Assembly (NCBI GenBank): GCA_907165135.1
Contig: OU015568.1
Span: 6,324,001-6,388,000, forward strand
Length of the DNA stretch: 64,000 bases
Reading direction: 5' to 3'
DNA from: Oikopleura dioica
Taxonomy: Eukaryota > Animalia > Chordata
Shown here: positions 17,761-30,523 of the stretch, one piece after another
Position numbering within the stretch: position 1 is the stretch's first letter
Layout of the letters: every line of letters starts with the position of its first letter
Position numbers and translations under genes: made by a program
The notes under the pieces: model-generated
What the model saw: the letters and a program-made list of their open reading frames with translations, nothing else
The model's database searches: none
What the model was told of the DNA's origin: nothing

Positions 17761-19798
17761 TCAATAGGCGATCTTGAAATCGGTCTGGAAGCTCTTTCTC
17801 AAGAGTTCCTTTCGTCGAGCAAGATTGTCTTCCTTGTCTTCATCTTTCTCGGAATGAATCGAGCAGGAATGAGCGGCTCGGACGAAATCAACGACGACTT
17901 GGAGGAGATTTTTGGCGTTAATCAGCATCGAGTTGATTGATGTCGATTCGATTTCTTCGAGACCTAAAGAAGACTTTAGCTACTGTAAGTAATAATAGTA
18001 GTGGTACCTTGTCTCGCGTAGACTTTTGATAAGAGTCGCAGTTGATGTCTCAGCGGTTCTAGTTCTTCACTCGCCATCTTGAGCTGTTTCTTCAGTCGGA
18101 TGTCCCGGCAGCCTTCCAGCAGCGGAATTCCATTATCCCTCAGCTCCACTGCCGAGAAACAAAGCTTTTTAGCCGCGATAATGAAGTCCTCATCAGATTG
18201 GCATGGCCCCTTCCCTTGAATGTACCACATCATCCCGGACATCGTGTCCTGCATGCTCTTCGCCACCGAGACAACATCAGTCGAGCCACTTGATCCCTGA
18301 ACGTCAAGCTTTTCGAATTCTTGTTTTGCTTCTTTTTGGATCTCTCGGAGCTCGACGATGTTTTTGTTGACTTCTTCGATTTCGGTTTCGTCGATTCTAT
18401 CTGCGATTTCTTCCCGAACCGCCGGTAGTTCATCACCTGACTCGTATTCGTAAATCGACTTTTCTGAAGATTAAAAATGATTAGCCGTTAATTTGATTTT
18501 CAATTTGTGGAGCTAATCGTCGATTAGTAATCGAGCTTGTAGGCATGAATCATAAGCTGTATGTGATCATAACTAAAGATTTATTATCAATATCGCTCGT
18601 CTAAAAATAAAAAAAATCTATAAAAATGGACAAAACCACAGTCTTATGGTTCCCAAAATTCATATGAATTCTGCTGCTTCTCACCTATATCCTCTTGGTC
18701 CGCATAATTATCATCGATGAACGACACATGCAGGCTCTGGTTGAATCTGAAGCTCATATCCGAGTCACGTGGTGTCGTCACTGTGCTAGATTTTCTCGAA
18801 GATGTTCGTCTCAATCGCTCCATTTGCAGCTTCATCGCATAATAACGCCACTTGTATACAATCGCCTTTGTCCGCTCATTCAATATTAACTGAATTTGGG
18901 CTTCAGGCGAACCTACAGTAAGAAACGAACCTGTTCATATTTGGCCTTTGCTTCATTTGTCAGTGAATTCTGCGCTGCTTTTGCCTCAAGTTCGCGTTGA
19001 TAAGCATTTTTTACTTCGTTCAGTTGTCGTTCTATCGCCTTGAAAAACAGCTGTATGTAATCTCATTTCATTACAGTCAGACTTACAATATTCTGGGAAG
19101 CTCCATCGTCAGCCTTCTGACTCTGCTGCAACAACTGGGCCTTGGCCTTTGACAACGCCTAATAGTAGGAGGTAAAAGCAACAAAGTAAACAAAAGGCCA
19201 ATCAAGCAAGAAAGACGATAATTTTAACCAAATTCAAAATGATCTGAATTTTCAATTACCAATCATCCAAAAGCTAAATAATTCATTTGATCTTACCTTC
19301 GAGGTTTTCTCAAGTTCCTGGCGAGCTACATCGTTGTAGTGGCGTTCCTCGTTTAGATTTCTTTCTAGAGCTCGTACTGATGACCTGACTTTCTCATGCT
19401 TGTCGGTGGCGCTTTGAAGCTCAACTTTCATCTGGTTTATTTTGGTCGAAGTTTCTGTGCAGATTTTTTCAAGTGCCAGGATTTGAGCTTCCTTTTCTTC
19501 CATTATCTTGTCTTTCTGTCTCATTGCTGACTCGAGCGAAGCTGAAAAGAAAGTGTCACTTGGGGAACAATAATAGGAAGATACTGTAGCAACCACTGCA
19601 TTAGCTTACTTACCAATTTGTGAAGTTTGCTCCTGAAGTGTTTCTTCTAGCTCAGCGATTCGTGATGTGAGGACATTGTGATGCGCATCATTTTCTGAAG
19701 GGAGTTTAAAGTTGGGGAGATGGAGGAGGGATGAATTAACCTCGTTGTGCTTTTATCAGAGCACTGTGATTATACTGTAGTAAATCATTGAAGCTCAT
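17761..19798 (-). CDS. Coiled-coil protein with a C-terminal vinculin/alpha-catenin tail (F-actin-binding) domain
   Basis: DVVSVAKSMQDTMSGMMWYIQGKGPCQSDEDFIIAAKKL...LRHQLRLLSKV...SMLINAKNLLQVVVDFVRAAH parallels alpha-catenin DIIVLAKQM..MTDFTRGKGPLKNTSDVISAAKKI...HQLNICSKV...SLIQAAKNLMNAVV. Upstream exons are heptad-rich. The start codon is tentative. Confidence 0.8.
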
Positions 19799-20299
19799 GA
19801 AGCCTGGCAAATCTAAATCGTTCGATGAATCTTGATGTTTATTGTTGTTATTGATAAATTACATGTAAGTCGAACGGTTGGGAAGACAGAGGAGTTGAAC
19901 TGAGTGTATAAAACTTATCATCAAGGAAGAAGTTAAGAAAATTTATATACAATCCAGTTAATCATAGATTTATGGTCCGGTAAGGGACTCCCCTTGTTAG
20001 TTTTTTCCTACTTACTTGATCCACTGCTTGAATTGGTGCTTGTAACATTGTTATTCTGCCTCGTCAGTGATGAAAAAGCAGCTGCTCTATTCAGCACGCG
20101 CCTGGGGGCAGAGGGTTCCGAATTTCGCTCCGAAAATCGAGCGCCGGTTCGAAAAGTTCGGAAATTTCGGAACCCTTCCTGAGTGAACTTGAACTCGATT
20201 CTCTCTTTTCTCTCGTCGCCCCTGAAAGCCCACTTGGCGTTGGAGTTTTTCTCATGCTCTCTGTTTTCGGGAAATTTTAAAATTTAAGATTTCGGCCAA

Positions 20300-21800
20300 T
20301 CAGATTTCCGGACAATTTCCTGAACTCGTGGAACCTCTCCTCTCCAAAGAAGCAAGCTCTGCGGCCAAATTTCGCGTATTCGGGGGAGTGAAGGTTGAAT
20401 CCCCAAAACTTCCTCTGAAAATCGCATTCTGGAAAATCGAGTCAAAAATCTCGAAAAAAACCTAAACGTTGATTTTCGCGATGATCCATTTTGCGAGAAG
20501 ACATCTTCGTCTGGTTCGAGGACAATGAGATCGATGAGTGATTTATTCTCGGCGAGAAGGCCGAGGTTGGTTTCTTCCGCTTCCGTGAGGTTTTTCTTGA
20601 GCTGGAGGATGATTCGCTCCATTTGATCGACTTGCTTCTTGAACTTCGAATTTTCATTGTTTATCTTCCTCTCCACCTTCCTCATCGATTCCAAATCGTT
20701 GGCACATTTCTGATGCATTCTATTTTCATTTTCAAATCTCTCCGTCAGCACCTTCATTTTCTCCTTCATCTCTTCAAGTTCAATTCTTTCTGAAACAAAA
20801 AAAGTCGATTTTTGAAAAACTCAATTTGCTTTGCAATTTTCAATTAATCATTGAAAAGAAACGCAAATAAGAAGAGATCGGCGAATCGATTCTACTAACG
20901 GACGGGTGAATTTTGCTTTTTACGCCTCGTGGCTCATCAAGAATCCGATTTCGCGGTACTTTTTTTTCGCATAATGGTTCAATATTAAAAAATAGTACCT
21001 AGTTCATTTTGCTCGAAATAGTATCGTTCAGGCTCGTTTTTGAGCATTTTCGTCAGCTCGATTTGATTTTCTCCAACATCATACAACTCATTCAGCGTAT
21101 TTGGACTCAGGGCCGGGCTCAGAAACCTGTTTAAAAACCTGAGTCAGGGTCAAAATTGCCGTCGATGTACTTTTTGAAATCTGGCGAAGCGGGGCTTCTT
21201 TTGAAGCTTTTTGAGAACCCTGACTCAGGTTTTCAAAACAGGTTGCCGAGCCCTGACTCAGGGAAAGGTTGAAAATGGCGGTAAGGATCTCCCCAGTCTT
21301 CTCAATCGTGTCAGGATCGTCAGATAAGGGTTGAAATGAACCAGCAGCTTGGCAAAAACGAACAAGTTCTTCATGACTTTGGGAAAATAAAACAACTCCG
21401 ACTTATGATTTGATGAAAGAATTTTCCATTTTTTCGGATGTTTCATAATTTTTCCTCATCCTCTCCTAAAGCAGCTGCAAAAGTAACTTTTGACGATTTC
21501 ACGGCTAGTTTGGACACGAAACTAAATAATTTCTCGTCGCAGTTTTGGGCAAAAGAAATCAGAAGATTCCATTTCTCCCGATTTTCGATTGCTTGTAGTT
21601 TTCCTGTATTGAGGTATTTTTCGATGATAAACAATTCTAGCTCTTCCCAGCTGGCTTCAGAAGCATTTGAAAGGGACTCGGAGAAGTACTCGTAAAATTG
21701 ACGGAAAATATGCCCAGCTAAAAAGAAGGATCAAAGCTTTCATTTTGAATTCTTCTTATTTTTCTTGATCCTTGCCTAAGTGAGAAATTTTCAAGGGCAT
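20300..21800 (-). CDS. Uncharacterised coiled-coil protein; one exon is interrupted by a MITE (possibly a disrupted allele)
   Basis: Exons at ~21718-21450, ~21345-21003, 20789-20468 and a terminal exon to 20300 are open and phase-compatible. One middle junction and the start (GC-AG first intron) are unresolved. Confidence 0.55.
21113..21255. mobile_element. 143-bp hAT-like MITE, family A, with 8-bp TSD ACTCAGGG
   Basis: ACTCAGGG at 21105-21112 and 21256-21263 flanks CCGGGCTCAGAAACCTG...CAGGTTGCCGAGCCCTG. An 8-bp TSD with CAGGG-type termini is typical of hAT elements. Confidence 0.9.
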
Positions 21801-23117
21801 CGACCCCTTTTTTTCTTTTTGCTCTTCTCTCTTTCTCTCTTTTTAAAATCTTTCCGTTACTTTTGAAATTTGTAAATTTGATGATTGAAATCAAAGAATC
21901 ATAAGACGCTGTTTCCGGTTCATATTTGACGCGGTCTCAAATCAGAGCACTCCTCATAAACAACCCCCTTAGAGTTCCCCTTATTCCCCGCGGACCCCCT
22001 AGGCCCTAGGGGCTCACCCAGGGGTCCCCCCACCAGACCCTCCCCCCGATAGTCCTCATTCCTTGATCTGACCACGGGTCGAATTTCTAGTGATATGGAA
22101 TTAAAAGTCTCCAGCTCGAATAAGCCCTTTCTTTGGATAATAATTTATTGATTATAATTTTTTCAACAAAGCCTTTATTGATTTTCCTTGAAACACAGAC
22201 GCTTAAAGTCGAAAAGTGCAAATGGATGCTTCTCGAAGTCATTTTTCAATTAGTCACAACCTACAACTCGTAAGCCTCCCACCAGGTGCTACTGAGCTTG
22301 AGTTCATTAGTAGCTTCAAGTTGAGTCTGTCCGACAGAGAAACAAAGTTCTCCCAAAGAATGACAACGATGATGTTATCGTTTGAATTGATGCAACTGCT
22401 CAGCGTCTTGGAATGTCTTCATTTTCGTCGTGTCTTGTTTGGTTGGTTTTGTCGTTGAGCTGGGAGCAGGGTGGCTCAACTCAGACTACTCTCGCACTCG
22501 ACCCTCTGTTCCCAACGCTGATTGGAGCGCGCACCAACTCGCCCAATCGCGCCAACTCGCACAAAACCAGCATCAAATCGACGAATTTCAAAAAAAAAAC
22601 AACCAGAGCAGAGCCATTTCCAGCCCCGCCCCGGCCATCTTCGGACGATGAAGGTATGTATCCAACACTATCATCAGCAATTCAACTGTGGGTAAGTAAA
22701 AGCTAAAGTTGTTGAATTCAACAACTCGAGATAAACGACTCGCATTTATGCTTTTTTCGGTCATTTTCGTGTCAAATTTTCTTCATCCCTTTTTCCAATT
22801 AACATTTTATCGTCACTTTTATACAGTAAGATGCATTACAGCTCGATTGAGTCATTTTGGAACGAATCCAATGCGCCGAAATTAGCACAAACGAACCACT
22901 TTCTTGAAAGTGAAATCTCCAATGCTTGATTTTCTTCATAAAATCGATAAATTTTCTTTTCTATAGAAATGATTTCAAACTTACTTTTTTCAGAATTTCT
23001 TGTAGAAAAGGTGAATAGATGAATCTTTGAAATAGGAATTCAAAATCAATATTTGCGTAATATGAATTCAATATATTCAAATAATGTTACATTGATTAAT
23101 TTTAGATTGCTATAATG

Positions 23118-23296
23118 TAAAGCCGCGTAGCGGCTTTTCTAAAAATAAAGCCACGAAGCGGCTTCGCTAGAATAACAAGTTCAAGCAGAAAAATATTCTA
23201 GCGAAGCCGTTTCGCGGCTATATTTCTTAAAAAAGCCGCTACGCGGCTTTCCATTATTGCTTTTTTGGACCCTGACTCAGGTTTTAACACATGTTG
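23118..23296. mobile_element. Partial family-A MITE (hairpin core plus right arm)
   Basis: Four AAGCC-hairpins followed by CCCTGACTCAGGTTTTAACACATGTTG. Confidence 0.75.
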
Positions 23297-24220
23297 TCAC
23301 GCAGTAAAGAAGCCAACCCGAATTATGTTGACTTCATGTATAATTGCACACAGTTTTCTTGAAACCAAGCAATTAGCTTTTGATGATTTGATGAGCCAAG
23401 GGATTTTTTATGATAAAATAAGGCAGGAAAGAAAAACTTGTTGAAAGAAACACTTTGCGATCGTAAACTTCCCCCGGGCGACCCTGACCGTCCGATTGAC
23501 TTGGTGCTTCTGCGATTGAGCTTGATGCAAATCGAAATTTCTAGCAGAATGCGAAAAATGCCGTTAATCTGTTTACGACCATAACAACGCTGAAAGATCA
23601 TTCTTTTATCATCGATTTTGATCAGTAATAACAACTGTTCATTTAGTTCGACTGTAAGGTCTGCCAAGTTCTACAGTTTTATTTGCCAGCTGTGGCGAAG
23701 GAAATTGTATGCTTCAACTGTGAAAGAAAATTTAACATCACCAATAACAGGTAAAATTGTCAAAGAAGGGAAAAAGAAAAATGAGAACTCGAGCTGGAAG
23801 AGAATAGCTCGTTGTGTCCAATCAACCAAAATCGATAAAAGAGACCGCCATTGGGATCAGTGATGCGACAAAAGAAACAAAAAACAATTCAGCGTTTGCT
23901 GAAAATGACCAATTGTTTGTTTGAATTGAAGCTTGAACTTGTAGTCGTTTTTTTTCGCCGCTGTAGGAATACAGTAACATCAGGATCGAAAATTTTTCCA
24001 AGTTTTCAAATGCGAATTCGCGCAAGATCAATGTTTATTGATCGACTCATTCTCAAATCGACATAAAATGGCCTTTTGAGGTGACAGCTCGCTTTTTATG
24101 GCGGCTCGGGTTATTGTTACAACGAAACTCACACCATTTTTTTCTGCCTTAGCAGCGTCTTTTGATTGAAATTACAGCCCCTTCCAGTTGAAATTGATAA
24201 TAAAACAGGGGGTCCTCTAG

Positions 24221-24326
24221 TTCACTCTTGACTTGATGCATGTGTCCCCTAGTTCATCCCGCCCACGCAGTAGCGTTGCTAGGTAGACGATGATTTAGGG
24301 GACACAAGCATCAAGTCGAGGATGAA
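24221..24326. repeat. ~105-bp hairpin/MITE-like element
   Basis: CTTGACTTGATGCATGTGTCCCCTA pairs with TAGGGGACACAAGCATCAAGTCGAG. Confidence 0.65.
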
Positions 24327-24391
24327 CAAGGGGAAGCCCTATTTTATTCGATCGTCAAATTCTAAAGCTAACATCATTCTAGTTTTCGTAG

Positions 24392-25937
24392 AACAAGTCC
24401 AGTCGAATCATCCTCCCGCCCATCTACCCCACTGCCAATCACAAACGGAAATCCACATCATGAAAGCAATGCATCCCAAGAACACGCACAACCCTACGAA
24501 TTTATCCCTCCAAAACCTCCCGTCGATAGGGTTCGAAATCAGCTAGGCGAATTCACCAAGGCCAAGGAAGAAGTTGAGAAGAAAGAAGAGCCGTCTCTGA
24601 AAAGAAACTCGCATATTGAAACGAATGGAACGGATCACGAAGAAGAAGAATATCACTCCAATACAAGTACAGAGGATGTTTCCAAGCGCGGTCGAAAGGT
24701 TTCCTCCCATTTTAGCGCCATTTTTTCAATATCAAAATCTAGCGCAAGAAAACCGAGCGTCTAGTCCAACTAGAGCAGCACGAACTCGAACAATCGAGCC
24801 AGAAACGAACAAAGTCCGAATCCTCTCCCTCCGTCAGTTTCCGCAACTCGCCCATGATTCCCACCCAGCCCCATCCAAACAACACTTGTGGCGGTTGCGC
24901 GAAACGATTAAATACTATTCCAGATTTTAAAACAACGACGACGAAATGTATCGACTGCATTCGCTGGTTTTGGTGAGTCAAAAACGCTCTCTGCCTTCTT
25001 ATTAGGAAATCTTGTAGCGTCCAATGTACGGAAGACTTTTTAATGAAAGAAGAAGGCAGCGAATATTTCGTCTGCAAGGTCAAAAAGCGCTGCAATCCAA
25101 CAGGTCTCCTTATCCTCTCCCTCAAAACATTCCCTAACTAAAAATTCAGCGAGAGGTCGAGCCAGACTCAAACACTCCCCAGACAAAGCGGAATCGAAGC
25201 CTAAGATCGTCAAGAAAACAATCAGTTCGGAACCGACCGCGAACGGGATCAAAATACGCAACTGGGCCAGTCGCCCTGTAAAAAGACGACCAAAGAAGAG
25301 AAACAACTTTCCAGCGTTGGGGACGATCATCTGTTGCGATCACGAATGGTGTACGTACACCTTGACAATCACAGCTGCAAATCAACGGAGGGCGAAGACC
25401 TGCTTGAATCTTCACACAAAAAGATGCCTTGAAAATTTCAAGGTCAGAAACAAAAACATGCTCGTTATAATGATTTTTGTAGAATGGTCGGCGCTTGGAC
25501 TACAACCCGAATGGAAAATCGACGTATGTTGCGATCAGTAAATTCGGCCTAGGCCACCAATCGGCGATAAAAACTGAACCATTGGCGAATATTCAAGGCC
25601 AGTATCACCAAGAACAAACGAGTAAGCTGCCGGAACAAGTGCCACTTTTTGGACTCAAGAAGGAAATCATGGACGAAACTACAAACATAGAAGAAATTGA
25701 TGAAGATGATTGGTCGACAGATGAAGAAGGTGGCTCGTCAGCAGATGAAGAGCAGCAAAGGTAAGAGAAGACTAAGCAGCTGATCTGATGAAGAGTTACA
25801 GTGATTCGCCACCGTACATGACCGAGCTAGATATGCTGCCCGAACCCGCGACGCATCCAGAAGTTCCAGTGCCCGTGAATGGCGGGATTCCAGTGCCCAC
25901 AAACGGCGTCCTCCCCGAGCCCGACCTCGTCAACTGA
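24392..25937 (+). CDS. Nuclear low-complexity protein with a PHD-like Cys cluster and a C2HC/C2H2-like finger; 5' exons unresolved (possibly ~22450-22651)
   Basis: Six exons joined by short GT-AG introns. Motifs CGGC...CIDCIRWFCVQC...FVCK..RC and CDHEWC...HTKRC; acidic tail; stop TGA at 25935-25937. Confidence 0.65.
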
Positions 25938-26687
25938 ACGATAGCTGTCTCTATATAAATCTATTACTATTCGATTTTCGATGCAAAACTCAAAGTTTTC
26001 AAAGTTTTATGAAAAGTATAAAATACATGAAATATCTCATTTATAGTTCAGTTTTGTTGATTTCAAGATCAGTAAAGTTTGACAATTTGGTTTCTTGAAA
26101 ACAGAGATTGGTCAAATTGATATTTGCAACTTAAGTGTTCGTTGATTTCAGGAGAAAAAAACAATCAGAAAAGTCTCAAGATTTCATCTTCGGATAATTC
26201 GCCCGTAGCCCGTAGCGAAGCTTGTAATCGCGTGTGATCTTCCTACTTCCTGAATCGCTAAGCCAGACTCCATTCTGGGCCTATCTAAGAACATGCAAGT
26301 GGAATGTTAATAGTTATGTCAAAAAGGCACCAGTACGGGCTCCCTCACTTTTGCAGATGCTTCGCGACCGCAAGAATTCCGCCGCTCACAAAAGGCGCAC
26401 TCCGCGATAATTGAACTGCTGTAATTGTACGTAATCACAGAACCAGGCTTGGTGAGAAAGAGCCTTTTCACGTAAGTTGTTGATTTTCGCGGAAATGTCT
26501 CTCGATTCTAGAACAAATCCCTTGATCCCACTTTGTTTTTATTTCAACTTCAGTCTTTCAAAAATCATAGAAGGCTTCAAAGGTCCAGCGCCAACGAAGA
26601 AAAAAGGTATGAAAGGGTTGAAAACGGAGCTTTTGAATATATTTTTTTCAGAAAGAATAAAGGGCTAGAGGTCAGTGCCCTCAAAAA

Positions 26688-29138
26688 ATGCTGAGAACGG
26701 AGGCAAAAGATCCGTTTGCCGACCTTCCGGGGTCTAGGACTGGTTCGAGAGCAGGGTTTTTTTATTATGAATTTGTACAGTAATTATTGAACCGGGAAAC
26801 AGACAAATGACACTGACAGTAGATGGTGCCATCACCCACCGGAATTCAAATGTATCAATGTTAAGCTTTCGAGGGAACAGTAAATATCAGAATTATTCCA
26901 CAAGGGATCGCTTGGAAAATGAACAACAGCGCGTAAGTACTCCTTTTTTCAAGCCTGTTCTATCATCATTTCAGCTTGACGCTGCTCCAGCTTTCACGAT
27001 GCATCCGCATTCGACATTTCGCATCATTTGGGACATCGGGACTGTGATCATTTTACTCGTGAACGTGATCTTCATTCCTTATCAAATCGCGTTCTGCACG
27101 AGGCCGGAGCAACGGCGCGCGTACATTCATCTCTTCGCTTTTTCCGACTTTTGGTTTTTGATCGATATTCTCTTCAACTTTAAAACAGGTAAAAAAACTG
27201 TCAAAAAACAGCTTTTAACCTTTTTTAGGATTCCTGAAAGAAACAGCAATAGAAACAGAAGTCGTCTTCGACCCCGACGAAATCCGCGAAAAATACATCA
27301 AAGGCTGGTTCATCATCGATTTCATCTCGTCCGTGCCTTGGGATATTTGCCTGGGCCTGCTGCTTGGCACTGAAAATGACTCGAAGATCTTCCTGAAGAT
27401 TTTGAGAATGGTGAAGCTTCTCAAACTCATGCGGCTCTCCAGATTAACGAAGACGCTCAACCAGTGGGAAGACGTTCTCAGGTAGGTTCAAATCTCTTTC
27501 TGGGTAAAAAATTAATTCTAGCTTTCAATACGGAATTACAATCAACGGAACGGTGGTGAAGTTCTTCAAGCTGATTTCGTACATTCTCCTTTTCATCCAC
27601 ATCAACGCTGTGATCCTCTTCCTTGTTCCCTCAATGATGGATTTTCCCGCGCGAGAATATGACAATACTCCGCTAGAAAATGTTCTTGGACCTTCTTGGC
27701 CGTATTTGAGAAAGTTGGAAAACGAAGAGCCATTCATTCAATACAGGTGATTTTTCTCCGTCAATTGTTCTGACAACATCTCCTTTTAGTTGGTCATTTT
27801 TCAAAGCCGCATCAAACATGATGGTCATTGGATATGGTCGAAGCTTTCCTCTGTGTTTGGTAGACATGGGGATCGTCATGTGGTCCATGTTCTCCGGCTG
27901 CTTGGTCTTTGCCATCGCCATTGCCGAGATTACATCCTTAATCCATGCGTTGAACACCTCCAGCTCCCAGTACAAGGTACCTTTCTCTAAGAAATGGTTG
28001 AAAATAATGTTTTCAGGAAAAAATGACTGAAATGGACGAATACATGAATTTCTGCAAAGTCCCAATCGACCTTCGAAATCGCGTGCGAGACTACTACGAG
28101 GTTCGCTTCAAGGGAAAAATGTTCAACGAAACCGACATTCTCAACGAGTTGAATCCGCTTCTTCGCGAAAAGATCGTCAACTTCAACTGCCGGGCGCTGA
28201 TTAAATCCGTCGAGTTTTTGGCGACTGCTGATCCGGAATTCGTGGCCGAGCTGATCAGTCGACTGCAGTTTGAAGTTTACTTGCCAGGAGATGAGATAAT
28301 TACGGAAGGAGAAAAGGGCACTCATGTTAGTCTTTTCCTTTAATTCGTGAAATGAACATGTTTGTAGATGTACTTCATCAGCCAAGGATCCGTGCAAGTG
28401 AAGACGAAAAAGACTGGCAAGCCGATCATCCTCTCGGAAGGCGATCATTTTGGCGAAATCTGTCTTTTCGCTCCTAATTTGCGTCGAACTGCATCAATCG
28501 TCGGCCAACACACGTGAGTACCGGACTTTTTTACTTTTACTTTTACTTTTACTTTTTGTGGCTTGACCAATGAAAAGACGAGAGTCAAACGTAGGCGGAA
28601 AAGGAGAATTTTGGTTGGCCAAGGCATAATTCGATTGCTCTATTCATATCAATTTTTCAGCGTGCATGTTTACACCCTTTCCTCATCCGACTTCAACGAC
28701 GCCCTAAAATGGTATCCCGGAGAAAAGATCGAAATCCAAAAAGTGGCGATTGAACGAATGGACATGTTGCTCAACGAAATGAAGCGAAAAATGGACGGAC
28801 CTCAAGGCCGAACCTCGCTAAGCGCCGAAGTCATTTCCGACCTTCAAAAGTACCGAAACGTCCTCCAGGAGCAGAATCGACAAGCGCGGGCTAGCCAATC
28901 TGAGTTTGCTCAAAATCGCAAGTCGAAGAACAAAAGCAGCACTGCGAAATCGTTGCTCAGGCAGATGAACGACAACGAATCCATCAACGGTAAGAACTGA
29001 ACATTGAGCTTCAACCAACTGTTTTCGTCAGTGAACGTTCTGGCAGAACTGACGAAGCCGAAGGCGCAAGAAATTTCAACGTTTCAATTCAATGAAGGAT
29101 ACGAAGATCAACCATCGTCCAGTGATGAAGAAAACTAA
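26688..29138 (+). CDS. HCN: HCN-family cyclic-nucleotide-gated cation channel
   Basis: HCN-domain end (RLENEQQRLDAAPAFTMHPHSTFRIIWD), S4 (LKLMRLSRLTKTLNQWE), pore (FKAASNMMVIGYGRSFP), C-linker (YYEVRFKGKMFNETDIL..LNPLLREKIVNFNCR) and CNBD (FGEICLF...RRTASI...VAIERM) all align with HCN channels. Introns are canonical. Confidence 0.95.
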
Positions 29139-29308
29139 TTGCTCTGTGCTGAAGAATTTTATTCAAAACTATCTATTTAATAAATTTTATTTATTTATCC
29201 AACAAAACAGAAGGTTTCCTTGCTTCTGACGAATCAAATTGCTTTCTTTCAACCTACATGTTGATTGAAGCTTTTGATTCGCTAATAAAGGGAACCATCT
29301 ATTTGTGT

Positions 29309-29531
29309 CCTGGCAAAAGCCTGAGTCAGGGGGCAAAGGAGCTTGGATGAAAAGCCGCGTAGCGGCTTTTTTAAAATCGAAGCCGCGCAGCGGCTTCGCC
29401 GAAATTGCAACTTAAATCTGATTTTGAACTAAGATTCAGATTGCAATCTCGGCGAAGCCGCTTTGCGGCTTCGGTTTAAAAAAAAAGCCGCTACGCGGCT
29501 TTTCATTCAAGCTCCTTTAGCCCCTGACTCA
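29309..29531. mobile_element. hAT-like MITE, family A; its right arm is interrupted at TGACTCA by a foldback
   Basis: CCTGAGTCAGGG arm, four hairpins and CCCCTGACTCA; the arm resumes as TCAGGTT at 30171. Confidence 0.8.
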
Positions 29532-30170
29532 GATAATTTCAAAAAAATTTTTGCGGGTCCGGAAATCATAAAAAATCTGAAAGTGCAGTTTTCTTCAGCT
29601 CGTCGAGACGAGTCGAATGATGGGTCAAACTTTTGATGACTCCAATGATTAACCGGTTAGCCGGCAATTTCCCGGAAAATACATTTCCGGTCGCCGTTTT
29701 TGTTCTAGAAATGCTAGAATGACAAAAAAAGCGGAAAACTGGTCCTTGAAGTTAGTTCTTCTGTGGGTGAAAAAATGAGAATCATATCTCTAACCATAAG
29801 ATGCTTATCACCAAAATTCTATTTTCTTATGAAAATGGGACCGAAAATTAGGAAGGTGCAGCAACAACGAAATACATACAAAATTTAGAATTTTTATCGT
29901 TAAAAAAAGTTTCGCTATATATTCGACCAATATCTTTTCGCCCACAGTAGAACTGATCATAAGGATCAGTTTCCGGGTTCATTCATCATCCTTTAAGAAC
30001 AAAAACGGCGACCGGAAACGTATTTTCCGGTAACCAGCCGGTTAACCGGTCAATCCTTGGAGTTATCAAGAGTTTGACCCACCATTCGACTCGTCTCAAC
30101 AAGCTGAAGAAAACTGCACTTTCAGAATTTTTACGATTTTCAGACCCGCAAAAATTTTTTTGAAATTATC
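29532..30170. mobile_element. 639-bp foldback element with ~190-bp inverted arms; TSD TCA (or CTCAG)
   Basis: GATAATTTCAAAAAAATTTTTGCGGGTC... pairs with ...GACCCGCAAAAATTTTTTTGAAATTATC; TCA is directly repeated on both flanks. Confidence 0.85.
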
Positions 30171-30523
30171 TCAGGTTCGTGTCTGATTCAAGTTGGAATT
30201 TCTCAGACAGACGCATAAACAGTCTTTGAATTAAACAATTCAGTAGCTCAAGTGCTTTTGTTTTTGAAATTCGCAGGTGTTGTTTGAAACAAGTTCTGTG
30301 TTACTAGGCTCCATGGAACAAGTTTCAACGTGAAGTTTTTGCATAAATTAAGAATTAGCGTTTTATGCTAACTAGGCGCGCGGAGCTGTCATTCACTTTT
30401 CAGTTGGTACAACTTTAAAACTAATCATGCATTTTTTTTCACATTTGTCTCTCTAGAATCCGCGCTATTTACAGTAAGCTTCCAAAGTCCTGCTACCTAG
30501 CGATTTGTCGATCGTTCTTTCGA

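Noticed and set aside
23323-24066. Several overlapping 70-115 aa ORFs
   Set aside because: No consistent spliced model or domain could be built; left unannotated.
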